Part shown: positions 25,733 to 37,870 of the stretch, in pieces
Layout: each line of letters starts with the position of its first letter
Numbering within the stretch: the stretch's first letter is position 1
Assembly: GCF_018350175.1 (NCBI RefSeq)
Contig: NC_058382.1
Location: 51,648,001 to 51,712,000 of the forward strand
DNA length: 64,000 nt
Reading direction: 5' to 3'
From: Felis catus
Lineage: Eukaryota
Position numbers and translations under genes: made by a program
Notes under the pieces: model-generated
Told to the model about the DNA's origin: nothing
Database searches by the model: none
What the model saw: the letters and a program-made list of their open reading frames with translations, nothing else

Positions 25733-25799
25733 AAAGGTTAGCCAAGTCCATATGAAGTGCCAGGCACTGTATCAACCATTGGCTATTATTATTATTATT

Positions 25800-26249
25800 A
25801 CTACATTGAAGCTGCAAATAACAGAAAAATGACATTGGAATGGCTTGTACGTGATGACGTATTTCTCTCTCACATAAACACAAGCAGTCTGGGGCTGGGG
25901 TGATGACCTCACCCCACCAAGAACCCGATGCTCTACCAGCCCCACCCGTAATTCTCACTTTCTGATCCAAGATGGCGACCCCCATGCCAGCCAACTTGTC
26001 CATGTTCCAGCCAGAAGTCAGGAGCACAGAGGAGAAAAATTACACACAGTCTCTCTAAGAGCACTTCTAGAAGTCTTGCAGACCACTTCTGCTTACGTCC
26101 CATTGAACAGAACTTTGTCTCGTGGTCACGTGTAGTCTTAACGGTGACTAGGAAAAGTAGCTCTTTATTCTCTTATCAGTCTATTATTACTATTATAGGG
26201 CAAAGAAGGAAGGGCAAATATTGGGAGATAGTTGGCTGTCTCTGCCACA
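25800..26249 (-). mobile_element. MaLR solo LTR (MLT1J/K-like)
   Basis: GCTGCAAATAACAGAAA...CAAGATGGC...ACTTCTGCTTACGTCCCATTGAACAGAACTT...GTCTCTGCCACA. Confidence 0.7.
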
Positions 26250-26282
26250 GATTCAGAGTAGAAGATCAAAAATACCATCTGG

Positions 26283-26430
26283 GGGCCGGGAGGGGGTGCT
26301 TGGGCCATTTTAAGGAGTTATTCAGTTTTCCCAGATGTCTTCCATGTATACAGGAGATATACATGTTATTAAACTTCTGTTCGTTTTTCTCCCGTTTAAA
26401 AAAAAACAAAAACAAAAACAAAAACAAAAA
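26283..26430 (+). mobile_element. Polyadenylated retrocopy of an ERV1 (MER34-like) LTR R region
   Basis: About 115 nt homologous to the reverse complement of 48068-48170; ATTAAA at 26368-26373; A-rich tail 26398-26430; TSD core ACCATCTGG at 26274-26282 and 26435-26443. Confidence 0.75.
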
Positions 26431-28069
26431 CACCACCATCTGGATCTAGGGTGCATACCAAATGGAGATCTTTGGATAATGAAACGCGGTTTGAGAAGAC
26501 TACATGTTTAAGTCTGTCCTCAGCCGTCTCCACATTCTGTTTGCTTACAAATCCCATAAATATATGCTGCATAAGACACTAAATAAATGTTTATTCTAGT
26601 TATTGTACAACAGTGACCGCAAATCTCTTTTCTCCCGTCTCCCCAGAATTGTACCCATGGAAGGCTTCAGATGATTGTGGATTTAGAAAGAAAAGGAGAA
26701 TGTGGTGACTCTGAACATTGCTTCAATTAAAAAGGAAGGCTCCTCAGACACTCGAGGATAGTCACTTTCCCGTCCATCATTAACTGAAAAAGTGATGGCA
26801 TGCATGCAAACTCAGGGTGTTCTTCCAGAAACTCGTGTGAGACAAGACACCTTCCCAGCCTGTCTGAGCCATTACAAATAAAAGATGTTGACAACACATA
26901 CATGGATAATAGGAAACATATTTTTGGCCAGTGAGTTAGCTTTTTGGTCAGGCTTGAAGACTGTAACAGATATTTTGGAAGCTTCCCCACTAACCTACCC
27001 TATTCTCCCCTTTTGAACACAACTGTATTTCCCAGCCTTGCGGTACAGTTTGGGATGGGCTTGAGTCAATCGAAGAATGCAACCCTGTGTCCACAGTAAT
27101 TATTTCAGAGTTGGACACGTGATGGAATACAATGTAAAGGAAAATTGTTGGCCATTCTTTTGGGATCATAAAGAATATCCGGTCTTAGAATTAAGATGGC
27201 GAATGAACAGCCTATAAAGCATAGAAACTAGAGTGGCAAGATGAAGAGAAATTGGTCTGTAATGACATTGTTCAGTCAAGAGATGGAAGGAACCTTACCA
27301 AGAGCCCATGGACTTTGAAATTCACAAGCCAGTCAATTCTACAGTTTAAGCCTCTCGAGTCAATGTTTCTGCTTAGTATTCAGTTGACACTGAGTCATTA
27401 AATGAAAACCAGGAAATATTTAATGGGGCAAATTAATCAGGAAGCCATAACTGAACATCTGTCGTATCAATCAGACCAGGGTAGAAATGGTGCTGTGCCA
27501 TTTGGCCGTTTCTGTGAGCGCATTCGGGTCATTTGAAGAAAATAGGAGACTCCGCGTCTTAATCGGGAAATCGGAGATAACTATAATGTTGTCTCAGGAT
27601 TGTTGCATGGTTCTGTCACTTTGGACAAATGCATACAGTTGTGGAACTCGCATCACACGCCAGGTATGAGTGGAGTGGCCCCATCATCCCCCCAATTTCC
27701 TCCTGCTCCTTTGAAACCCACTCCTCCCTCCATCCCCAACTCTCACTCCCCGAAGATCAACACACCAGTGATCTGTTCTCTGTCCCTACAGTGCCACCTT
27801 TTCCAGCATGTCATGAAAGGAGTCACGCATAATGAGTCTTTGAGTCTGACTTGGTAGAGTGCATTTGCAATTCTTCCGTGTCTGGGTGTAACTAGGTCCT
27901 TTGTTTTTACTGCTCCCCGATCATTTGATTAAAGCTCACCTTCTCCACCACAGAGGACGACGACCTTTGGGCACAGAGCTTGTTTCCAGTGATCATTTTT
28001 CATGTCCCACCCCCCCACCCTTTTATATATTTATTTGGAACTGTTGAAGGGAAAGAAACATGTTAGAGT

Positions 28070-28454
28070 GTGCTATGGACCAAATGGTGCCCCCCACCAT
28101 CCCCCACAAGTTCACGTATGGAAGCCATAACCCCAATGTGCCTGTCTATGGAGATAAGGTCTTTAGGAGGTGATTAAAACTAAATGAGTTCACAAGGCTG
28201 GAGTCCTAACCCGTAAGATCCTCATAGAAAGAGAGACCCAAGATGACTAAATAGCTCTCTCTCTCTCTACCTGTCTCAATCTCTCTGTCTCTCTGCCATT
28301 TGAGGCCACAGTGAGAAGGCGGCCATCCGCAAGCCAGAAGAAAGCCATCACCAGAAACCAACCCTGCCAGACCTGGATCTGGGACTTGCAGCCTCCAGAG
28401 CTGTTTCTGTTGTTGAAGCCTCCCAAGGCTGCGGCAGCCCGGACGGGCTGCTAC
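28070..28454 (+). mobile_element. MaLR solo LTR, MLT1A-like
   Basis: TGCTATGGAC...GGAGATAAGGTCTTTAGGAGGTGATTAA...ACAGTGAGAAGGCGGCCATC...GGACTTGCAGCCTCCAGA. Confidence 0.85.
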
Positions 28455-29952
28455 AGAGCGACTCAGAAGACAAACCTGGACTTGATCATCAGCGAGAGGG
28501 GTTTGGTCCTAAACACCTGTTTCCTTTTTTCTGTGGGATGGGGAAGAAAATAGCCTTCCACACGCGCTTATTCTGAGGGCGAAGCCGCAGGATAAGGTAT
28601 GCAACTTGTCCAGCCCAGTTGTGAGGCCCTGCAAAGAGCTCAGCTTATGGCCCGGCCCGTCTTACTGGCCAGCTGCACCCAGGAGGAGCCCGGACACACA
28701 CAGGGATGCGCAGGAATTGCTGAAAATACTGAGATGCAATTTGCATGCCTGGGCACCTGTCTGCAACTTTTTGATTTGTCAGATGGAAGCACTGATGCAA
28801 AAGCATGTTTCTGACATCTGACACGTATATCTCCAGGAAGCATAAACTCTCTACAACAAGATGGAAAATATTCTGGGGGGGGGGGGGGTACGTGGCGGGA
28901 ACAGACAGTGAGGTGTTTCTTTTGCACCCGGTTCTTCTCAAGGACATTAAGGCAGACTGAAAACAAAGGAATGAAGAGAACTTGAACTTCGAGACTCCCT
29001 CGGGGAAGGAAGGGGGATAGGCGGCTGTATTGAGGACCCATTGACATCCAGAGCCAAGCCGGCTCATTCCAACTCTTGAGAGCTGACTGTGCCCTCCAGG
29101 CAACATCCCGTTCGGGTTCAGCGGATACCGAGCGCTGGCCGCTTGATAATGGCCTTGGTGGGATTGTTTGCACCACAGAAATCGGCCATCGCTATAAAGC
29201 AGGGCTTCCCTCACCCTCAGGAGAGCCAGTTGTTCAAGATTTACCAGCACACCGCTGGGTCCACGGCCCAGTGGTCCACCGAGAGGAGCGGGAAGCAGCT
29301 GAAACCGCCTTTTACAAATCTGGAAGGAGGGTGGAGCATGGACAGCAGCGGGCAGATGCACGGACCAAGAGAAAGATTCAGGACAGTGAAGGAAGTCCAG
29401 CATTGGGAGTTTGGATGCAAGCCCTTTCTCCATCGTTCACCACTTTTGACATTTAGCGGAGGCTTGTGACTTGGTTCTAAGAATTAATCCACGTATGGTA
29501 CTGGAGCAAATTATCCTCACAGATACTGTACGTGTCAATCTAGCAACCTCAGAACGTGTGCAAAGGTTTAGTCACCGCGAGGACGGACACAGACACAATG
29601 TGTACGGTCAGACGGTATGTTTTCGAATGACACAATGTCCCTCAACAGGGAACTCTCTAACTCTGTTATAGTGAGCCCGTATAAGTAGAAACTGCAGCTT
29701 TTAAATGGTCCCCTAAAAACTTAATTTCCGCTGTTATGAGACAAGAATCAGGATAAAAAGTAAGAAGAACATGTCACAAAGCAGAGTGATTTTAATGATC
29801 GAAGCTCTATAACATGTAAATGCCTCAAAGGTTATAGAGGAATTAATTCTGGTGGGTTGATGGTAACTTTTCTTCTTTTGGAGCTTTTGTATATTTTCTG
29901 ATTTCTCGGTAATGAGAAGGTATTTCTTGAAATAAGAAAAAAAAAGAAATCC

Positions 29953-30064
29953 TTTTTTTTTAATTATTATTATGAAGTAAACTCTACCCCCGACATGGGG
30001 CTCGAACTCACGACCTGGAGGTCAAGAGTCACATGCTCTATTGACTGAGCCAGCCAGGCAACCC
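29953..30064 (-). mobile_element. Short CAN-SINE
   Basis: GGGGCTCGAACTCACGACC...TGACTGAGCCAGCCAGGCA. Confidence 0.8.
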
Positions 30065-30100
30065 AAGAAGTGCTATTTTTTTTTTTTTAAGTGATTTTTC

Positions 30101-30310
30101 GGCACCTGGGTGGCTCAGTTGGTTGAGTGTCTGACTTCGGCTCAGGTCATGATCTCACGGTCTGTGATTTCAAGCCCCACGTCGGGCTCTGTGCTAACAG
30201 CTCAGAGCCTGGAGCCTGCTTTGGGTTCTGCGTCTCCCTCTCTCTCTGCCCCTCCCCTGCTCATACTCTGCCTCTGTCTCTCAAAAACAAATAAAAAAAA
30301 TATTTTTTAA
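30101..30310 (+). mobile_element. CAN-SINE
   Basis: Full structure; flanked by GTGATTTTT. Confidence 0.92.
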
Positions 30311-31215
30311 TAATAATAATGTGATTTTTTCCAATGAGATAACGAGAGAAGTTGAAACCTAAAATGTAGTCATTAATTAAGGAAGGAAATGTAATACCCA
30401 ACGTTAACAGCATCGCTTGTACCTGAAGAAACAGCCATACCCAGTTCTTTCTCCTTCTCCTTCTCCTCCTCTTCTTTCTTCCTCTGGCAACATAATATCT
30501 ACTCATATTTACTAAGCATCTACCATGTACCAGCCGTGGTACCAGGTAAGTGAAATCCATGACTTATTTCTTGTTTTGGTGGGGAGGGGAACCCCTGAAA
30601 TAGTTACTATTGATATCTCCACTGAACAGAGGCAAAAACAGAAACTTACAATGTAAATAACTTGCCCAAATCCTCACAGCCAGTAAATGCCAGACCCCAT
30701 ATCAAACCCTGGTAAAGCAAAGCACACATTTTGTGCAGATAAGGCACAATCGAGTTCATGTTCACTACTCAGGCGGTCGCGCCTTTAAGGAAAGGGCAGG
30801 CTTAACACTGGAAGCTGAGATCACTTCACATTTTCGGTGCCCTCCGGTCCCTCGGGCTGTGATACTAAACATACTGGAAACAGACATTGTAACATAATGA
30901 CCCACTGCTGCAGGTACTTATTCTAAAACATAAAATAACTTGTCGTCTGTACCCTACCAGCATGCCTTAGAGGCAGCCAACAGGGATTTTCATTGGTCGG
31001 TCAATAACTAATTATCGAGCACCTCATGTATACTAGATAAGGTAAACACAAGCTCTACCCTCGCGGAGCTTCCAAGAAGAGCGAGGAACTCCGTAGGCAA
31101 GAGATGAGCGCTGTGATGGAGAGCCACGGGGTTCACGGGGAGACGGCCACCCTCTCCTCTGGCGCAGCAAGGGGCACGCTGGAAGCTGGGCTCAGTCACA
31201 GCTAACCTGACCATC

Positions 31216-31450
31216 TTTTTCTTTTTTTTTTTTAATTTTTTTTTTTCCAACGTTTATTTATTTTTGGGACAGAGAGAGACAGAGCATGAACGGGGGAAGG
31301 GCAGAGAGAGAGGCAGACACAGAATCGGAAACAGGCTCCGGGCTCTGAGCCATCAGCCCAGAGCCCGACGCGGGGCTCGAACTCACGGGCCGCGAGATCG
31401 TGACCTGGCTGAAGTCGGACGCGTAACCGACTGCGCCACCCAGGCGCCCC
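31216..31450 (-). mobile_element. Young SINEC_Fc
   Basis: Near-consensus, CpG intact; TSD CTGACCATCTTTTT. Confidence 0.95.
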
Positions 31451-32109
31451 TGACCATCTTTTTTATAACACTGACTACACGCAGCAATTCTTTTAATCCC
31501 TTCTCTAGTCTTTGCGTCCGCCCTTCCAGACTTCCAACTGGACAAGACCAGGAATCCTGCAAAATGCCTCTTGGCAATATGCCTGCAATTCTAGACCTAG
31601 GAAGGGGTGGGGTGTGGTGATTGCAGTAGTGGCCTTTCCGATGCTCTGCTTGAAAGAAACACTAATCAAACTCCCCCTGCTCGACCCCTGCTCCTTTAAT
31701 AAAAGCAGGATCTTTCCCTCCTGGGTTCCCAGGAACCACCCTACACCCACACACCCTCAGGGGACCCAAGGATTGCCTGTTCCCCTTAGGCACTGGCCCT
31801 GTGGCCTCTGGCTGGCTCTCTGGGCGCACTTCCGGAGCGGGAGCCCCTGCGCCAATACGCGCATCGCCCAGCAGAGGGCAGGAGTGCACAATGAAGCTGG
31901 TCCCTCTCGCGTTAGGAAAAACCAAGGGAGGCCCAAGGGCACACAGATCGACCGGCATCGAGGCAGATTCAAGTCCAGAATAAATCATGGCCCGTGTGCT
32001 GTGTGCCTGACAGCATGAGAAATATTCTTCCCCCGGAGTCCACATGCCTGGGCCCTAGTGTCAGTCCGGGAGTCAGTCACTTCCCCCACGGGCCTCTCCA
32101 TAACCAGTT

Positions 32110-32586
32110 GTGATCAGACCAACACTTGTGGTTCTTAATATTCGATTGCAAGACGCCTTCAGCAATAACCATCAAGAAACTTAGGGGGGGAAAAAAGCTC
32201 ACTTACACGTCCTGGAAATGACGTAGCACACCTGACTCGTCCAGCACGGTCACAGGTAGAGAGAGAGCAGGCCTGGGGTTCTGCTTTCATCGGAGTGGTG
32301 GGTGGGGGCCCAGGGTGTCTTGGGTGAATTTAAAACACAAGAGTGGGAATTTAAAGCGCCAAAGGAGGAAAAACAGGTGGCCCCAAGTGTCAGTTACCCA
32401 CGGCTGAAATCAACCAAGATCTCTGAAACAAAGGAGCCAGCCTGGGGGCTGGAGGGTGGGGCGCCTGGTGTTTATCTGGTCACCTGGCTGCCAACATGTT
32501 TATTTGAGATAGCTGTGTTTGAAGTGGGTGCCCCTTTGAAGTGGACGCCTAGGCAATCAACGCTTAAATCAGGCATTTGCAAGACA
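32110..32586 (-). mobile_element. Probable old ERV solo LTR (family uncertain)
   Basis: TG...CA-bounded ~480 bp block with LTR-like composition (GGGAATTTAAA, GCTTAAATCAGGCATTTGC). Confidence 0.4.
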
Positions 32587-32919
32587 AAGAGGAAAAAAAT
32601 TGACTGTCAGAGTTTACACTATAGGGTTTCAGTTCTCCCAGGTGCACGGTGAGGGCGTTATCCTCGATGACCCCAGATTTGATTTCTCCTGGAAATTTCT
32701 GCCATACTACGCCCTCGCCTATCCCAAAGCAACGCCTGAAGTCCCGATCTTGCTGAAATGCCCATTGGAGGATGTGTCTCCCCAGTTTATAATCTGGCAG
32801 CGGAGTGAGAATATGAAAGCGTCCCCACCTGGCTGCCCCAAGTGTCTCCAAGTACCTGGGACGAGGTCTTCTTCCCGTGCCTGAGGGTCAGAGGGAGGGG
32901 CGGCTGTAGTCCTGGTACT

Positions 32920-33110
32920 AATAATAGGCTAATATTTATAGATGTGCCAATTAATGCGCAAAGCACTTTACATGAATTAATCCGTTAACTCCTCCCACCA
33001 AACCCGTTATCCAGATGAGGTCACAAAAGCCACTGAGAGATTAAATTGCCCGAGAACGTGCTGATGGTGATGGTGGTGAGCTGGGATTTGAAGGCCAGGG
33101 AGTGACGTAC
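32920..33110 (-). mobile_element. MIR
   Basis: AAAGCACTTTACATGAATTAA...GAGAGATTAAATTGCCC...CTGGGATTTGAA. Confidence 0.65.
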
Positions 33111-34775
33111 AGCTGTTTTCTGTTGTTGAGCTCAAGGACTTAGGGGATGGGCGAGGAACTGCCCGAAGACAACTATGGCTCCTTATTTGGACCAAGATTG
33201 GTTCATTCGTGCCCTCACTCACACCCCCTCTCCATAAAGATATACCAAGTGTCCGCTACGTCCTGGGAGCTTCCGGAAGCCCTGGAATCCATATATTTGC
33301 GACGATGACATCCTATCCGTCAGGTGGCTTTTCTCCCACAAAGCTCAGGAGCCTGGGGGCAAGACAGATTCAACACTGATCAGGGTTGTGACTTTGCTGG
33401 GTAGGCACAGTGCAAAGTAGGTAGGCTTTGGGGAGGTGGTGAAGAATGCTAGGGAGACAATGGTTCAGACAATCGACCACGAGGTTCCACTAAAAACATG
33501 AGTTTTTGCCCCCTGAGCTGCAGCTGGTCAGGATTTTAGGACTCTGCCCCCCACCCCAGCTCTTTTCCAGAACAGCCTGTACTCTACAACGCTAAATGGG
33601 CCAGTTGCACCAGAGGAACGGCCAGGACCACAAGGTTCCATCCTCGCTCTGCCGCTGACCATCTGTGCAACCTGGAAAAACCCTCCGCTACATCTGACCT
33701 TGTTTCCTTCATCTATAAAACGACACACGATTTGGCTCAGTTACTAGACACATATCTCTGAGCCAAGTCAGAATGTGCCTGGCACTGTGTTTGACCCTGA
33801 GGACAAAGACTTTCCCTCCCCCAAGAGTTCAAATTCTAACACGTTCCAGATATTTTTAATCTATCATTGTACAAAACTGGCCCCACCTCTGATAGAAGTT
33901 TCTACAAGACACAACAACTACTGTTCCTAATAGTCTCTGCTTTAGGACACCTAATTTGGGCTCAACTCCATATATGAATTATTTTTGTGATCCTTCACCC
34001 TAATCCTCCGGAGCAGATAGAATGATTACGTCCACTTTACTGAGGGAAAAACTGAGGATTACAATGATTCACTTACTTACCACAAGTCACACTGATAGTA
34101 AGGTAGCAGAACTCAAACATAAGCCTAACCCCTGTGGAAACACAGAACAAGGGACCCAGCTCTTCCAGGGCGTGAAACTCCAAGCCAACACTTTCAGATG
34201 ATGCCTGCCTGCCTCCATTCCCGAGAATGAGCTGTGCTAATCTTAACGATTCCTCTCCTAGAATTAAATTTCTCTACTGACTCCTCAGTCCTTAACTAAG
34301 AAAAGTTGGCTTAATACGCAGAACTGGAATTCAAGGAGATGCGATTTCTTCAAAGCTTTCCCATAAATTTTGGTCCAGAGCTCATCAAAAGTGATGTGAA
34401 AAGATGCGAAATGTTCATTTGATACATTCCCCAAAAAATAACAGAGGCTTGTCTTAGCTAATTCATAGCTGTTGGTTGAGCAGTGCCATTTATTTCCAGG
34501 GCCTGCTTGGATACGGCACATTTATGGAAAGGGGCTGTCAGCGCTAATGGATCTGTCATATGCCCAAAAAGTCCTACAGAATCTGAAATGCTGACAAGTT
34601 TAGATTTAGTGGAAAACATCTGCAAATCACAGATCTTTTAATATTAACTAACATGGAAAAAATTTCAGCTTCAATGACTTAGTAACTCCCTGAGCCATCT
34701 TTAAAGTCTGTGTTCTTTCCTTCCCTAAGTCAAAGAAAGGAACAGCTTTCAAAGCTATGTTCAAAAGAGAGTACA

Positions 34776-34940
34776 GCCCAGCGCAGGGAATATATAGTTG
34801 GTATTGTAACAATGTTCAATGGTCACACGCGGTAGCTACATTTGTGGCCAGCAATGGCATAGGACTTGTCCAGTCACTGTTACCCACCTGAAACTAATGT
34901 GGCATTGTGTTATAGTATATACTGTGCTTCAATTAAAAAA
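34776..34940 (+). mobile_element. Carnivore L1 3' end with a SINE in its tail
   Basis: CAGGGAATATATAG...CACCTGAAACTAATGT...CTTCAATTAAAAAA; outer TSD AAAAGAGAGTACA (34763)/AAAAGAGGGTACA (35196). Confidence 0.8.
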
Positions 34941-34952
34941 ATAATGAATCCT

Positions 34953-35182
34953 GGGGCGCCTGGGTGGTTCAGTCAGTTGAGCATCTGACTTCCGCTCAGG
35001 TCATGATCTCATGGCTGGCTTGTGAGTTCGAGCCCCACGTAAAGCTCTGGGTTGACAGCTCAGAGCCTGGAGCCTGCTTCAGATTCTGTGTCCCTCTCTC
35101 TCTCTGCCCCTCCCTCGCTCATGCTCTCTCTCTCTCTCTCTCTCTCTCTCAAGAATAAATAAAACATTAAAAAAAAATTTTT
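34953..35182 (+). mobile_element. CAN-SINE
   Basis: Full structure; TSD AATGAATCC. Confidence 0.93.
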
Positions 35183-35735
35183 AAATGAATCCATTAAAAG
35201 AGGGTACAACCAAGATGGCTGTTATATAATGTTTAACATGACACTTTAGATACTCCAGCTAACCGAAACAGAAATTTTAGTAGGCTAGGGATCATTTTTT
35301 AAAAGTTTTTTTTAAAGGTATAGTTTATATAGCATCAAATTCATTTAAGTGTACAAGTCAGTGATTTGTTTCTTAGGAAATTTTCAGAATCTGTGCAGCC
35401 ATCACCCCAATTCAGTTGTAGAACATTCTGTCACCCCCAGGGGCCGCCCTGCGTGCCAGCTTCGACTTCCCCTTCATCGCCCCTGCCAGACCCAGAAATC
35501 CCTAGTCTCCTTTCTGCCGCGACGTGTCTGCCTTCCCTGGACGTTTTCATCTACATGGGATCATACGAAACGTGTTTGCATCTGGCTTCTTTCTCTTGGC
35601 TTGTGGTTTTGAGGTCATCCATGTCGTAGCATTGAATAGAAACAAGTTCCTTTTTATCTGCCTGTAGGGTTCCATTGTATAGATGTAGCATGTGTTGTGT
35701 ATTCATTCACCAGCTGAGGGCATGTGGGTTGTTTC

Positions 35736-36163
35736 CTTTTTTTTTTTTTTTTTTTTTCTTCCCCAGAGGGAGAGTGCAAGCTGGGGAGAGGGGCAGAGGG
35801 AGAGAGAAAGAGAATCTCAAGGAGGCTCCACTGTCAGCACAGAGCCCAACGCAGGGCTCACGCCCATGACCCTGGCATCACGAACTGAGCTGAAATCAAG
35901 AGTCAGATGCTAAGGGCGCGCCTGGGTGGCTCAGTGGGTTAAGCATCCGACTTCGGCTCAGGTTGTGATCTCGCGGTCCGTGAGTTCGAGCCCTGTGTCG
36001 GGCTCTGTGCTGACAGCTCAGAACCTGGAGCCTGCTTCTGATTCTGTGTCTCCCTCTCTCTCTGACCCTCCCCCCATTCATGCTCTGTCTCTCTCTGTCT
36101 CAAAAATAAATAAACATTAAAAAAAAAAGAGACGCTCAACCAAGTGAGCCACTCAGGCACCCC
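35736..36163 (-). mobile_element. CAN-SINE split by a second SINE
   Basis: Tail and body at 35736-35911, head at about 36130-36163. Confidence 0.85.
35914..36128 (+). mobile_element. CAN-SINE nested inside the minus-strand SINE
   Basis: Full structure; partial TSD AGATGCT/AGACGCT. Confidence 0.92.
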
Positions 36164-36610
36164 TCCACTTTCTGACAGCTGTGAGTCAGGCTACTGTGAA
36201 CATTCGTGGACAGGTCTTTGCTTGGACATAGGTTTTCACTTCTCTCCCAGGGATACCTGGTAATGGACTGGCTGGGTCATGCACTCAGTGTATATTTCAC
36301 TTCCTTTTCCACTTTGTTTCACGTTCTTTTTACTGGTAACTTTTTAAGAAACTGTCACACCCTTTTCCAAAGCGGCTGTACCCTTTTGCATTCCAGGCTG
36401 GTCATTTATTTTTAACAAGACCCATTCACAGGAGCATGAGTTTTCCAGTTGTTGCATTAACTCCGCAATGTTGAGAATGTCAACTATCTTTAATCCGTGA
36501 GAGGCTTTCTGGTTTTAAACTGCTTCAAACTTTGCTGTCGCTCCCCGGGAAGGGAGAGTTTCAAAAGAGAACATTAAGCCTCTTGGTAAAGGACCCAGTA
36601 ATTACATATT

Positions 36611-36852
36611 AACAGAGAGGGAAGAAGCAAACCATAAGAGACCCTTAAGTACAGAGAAGGAACTGAGGGTTGATGGGGGAGGGGAGGAGAGCATGGGGGA
36701 GAGGGGAAACGGGTGAGGGGCACTGAGAAGGGCACTTGTGGCATGAGCTCTGGGTGCTGTATGTAAGCAATGAATCACGGGAATCTACCCCCAAAACCAA
36801 GAGCACACTGTATACACTGTAGGTTATTGACAATAAATTATATTAAAAAAAA
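36611..36852 (+). mobile_element. Carnivore/feline L1, 5'-truncated 3' end
   Basis: GCAAACCATAAGAGAC...GAATCTACCCCCAAAACCAAGAGCACACTGTATAC...AATAAA, poly(A); TSD AAGGACCCAGTAATTACATATT/AAGAATCCAGTAATTATATATT. Confidence 0.9.
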
Positions 36853-37716
36853 AAGAATCCAGTAATTATATATTTAAATTGTCACCCCCCACCCCTTCAC
36901 ACTTCATCACTGTTCTTCTAGCAGCTTTCTGGTTTCTCTTACCGGTACCATGGTACTATGGCGAAATCCAGCCTCACCTCTAAACCTGAGTCAAGACCCC
37001 TTTTTCAGGGAGACGGGAAGACAGTGTGTATCTTTTGCTGTTGTATAATTTCCCAGCCTCTCTCAGGAAACTATATTTTGCTCACCTCTGTGTGCTCAGT
37101 ACCCAGCACGGACTTTGCTTCATTGTATGCACTCGGTAGTAGTCTATGGATCAATGAATGAATCCAGGAGCACAGAACATGCCTCTCTGTTGAGCTCACC
37201 ACCATGGTCTTAATCTCAAACAACTGAAACCTATTGCAAATGCAGATCATGAAAGACTCAACTCTCCGCCTAGGTAATTTTTTAATTTTCTTCGAAAATA
37301 CCTAGGAACTGAACCAAGCATTGACTTAATCCCAAGGGTCCAAAGGAGGCTGTGAGTGAGCTCTAGAGAAAGGCTGCCTGTTCCGTCTCTCATCAGCTTT
37401 GTGGCCTTGGTCTAGTTACTTAATGTCACTAAGCGTCAATTTCTTTTTCTGAACGCATTGCAGTGAGGATTAAATGAAATAATCCACAGAAATCCCTAAG
37501 TTATTTTATTATGTCACCATTCTCACATTTCTTGCATATTTACTAAAGTCATTGATTCGAGCGTGGAGGTTGAGGTGTCTTGCTTATAAAGACAATATCC
37601 CATGGGCCCTGCTGAAGCGTGTCAGGCCCCCAAAGGGTTTGGGCTCACATCTGCATAACAATCTCAGGCTATCAAACCAACCTCCGAATTATATAGTGAG
37701 AGACTATAAAATTCAA

Positions 37717-37839
37717 GTATATATATATATACATATATATACATATACACTGATATACACATATATACATATATCATTGCCTGTACATTTTCTATACGTT
37801 GCCTATATAAAATACAAGGTAATGAATATATCTATTGTG

Positions 37840-37868
<29 letters not shown>
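37717..37868. repeat. (TA/CA)-rich low-complexity tract plus (CA)n
   Basis: TATATACACATAT runs at 37717-37775; about 15 CA units at 37840-37868. Confidence 0.9.

Positions 37869-37870
<2 letters not shown>

Larger units (their letters stand above)
35310..36397 (-). mobile_element. Old L1 (L1MB-like) 3' fragment interrupted by nested SINEs
   Basis: TTTAAGTGTACAAGTCAGTG...GGTCATCCATGTCGTAGCAT..., resuming after 36164 with CTGTGAACATTCGTGGACAGGTCTTT...TTTCCAAAGCGGCTGTACC. Confidence 0.8.

Noticed and set aside
28645..29433. 262-aa minus-strand ORF (and overlapping 178-aa and 126-aa ORFs) as a gene
   Set aside because: No recognisable domain or homologue, runs through a G13 homopolymer, and overlapping ORFs on both strands are typical of chance in GC-richer DNA
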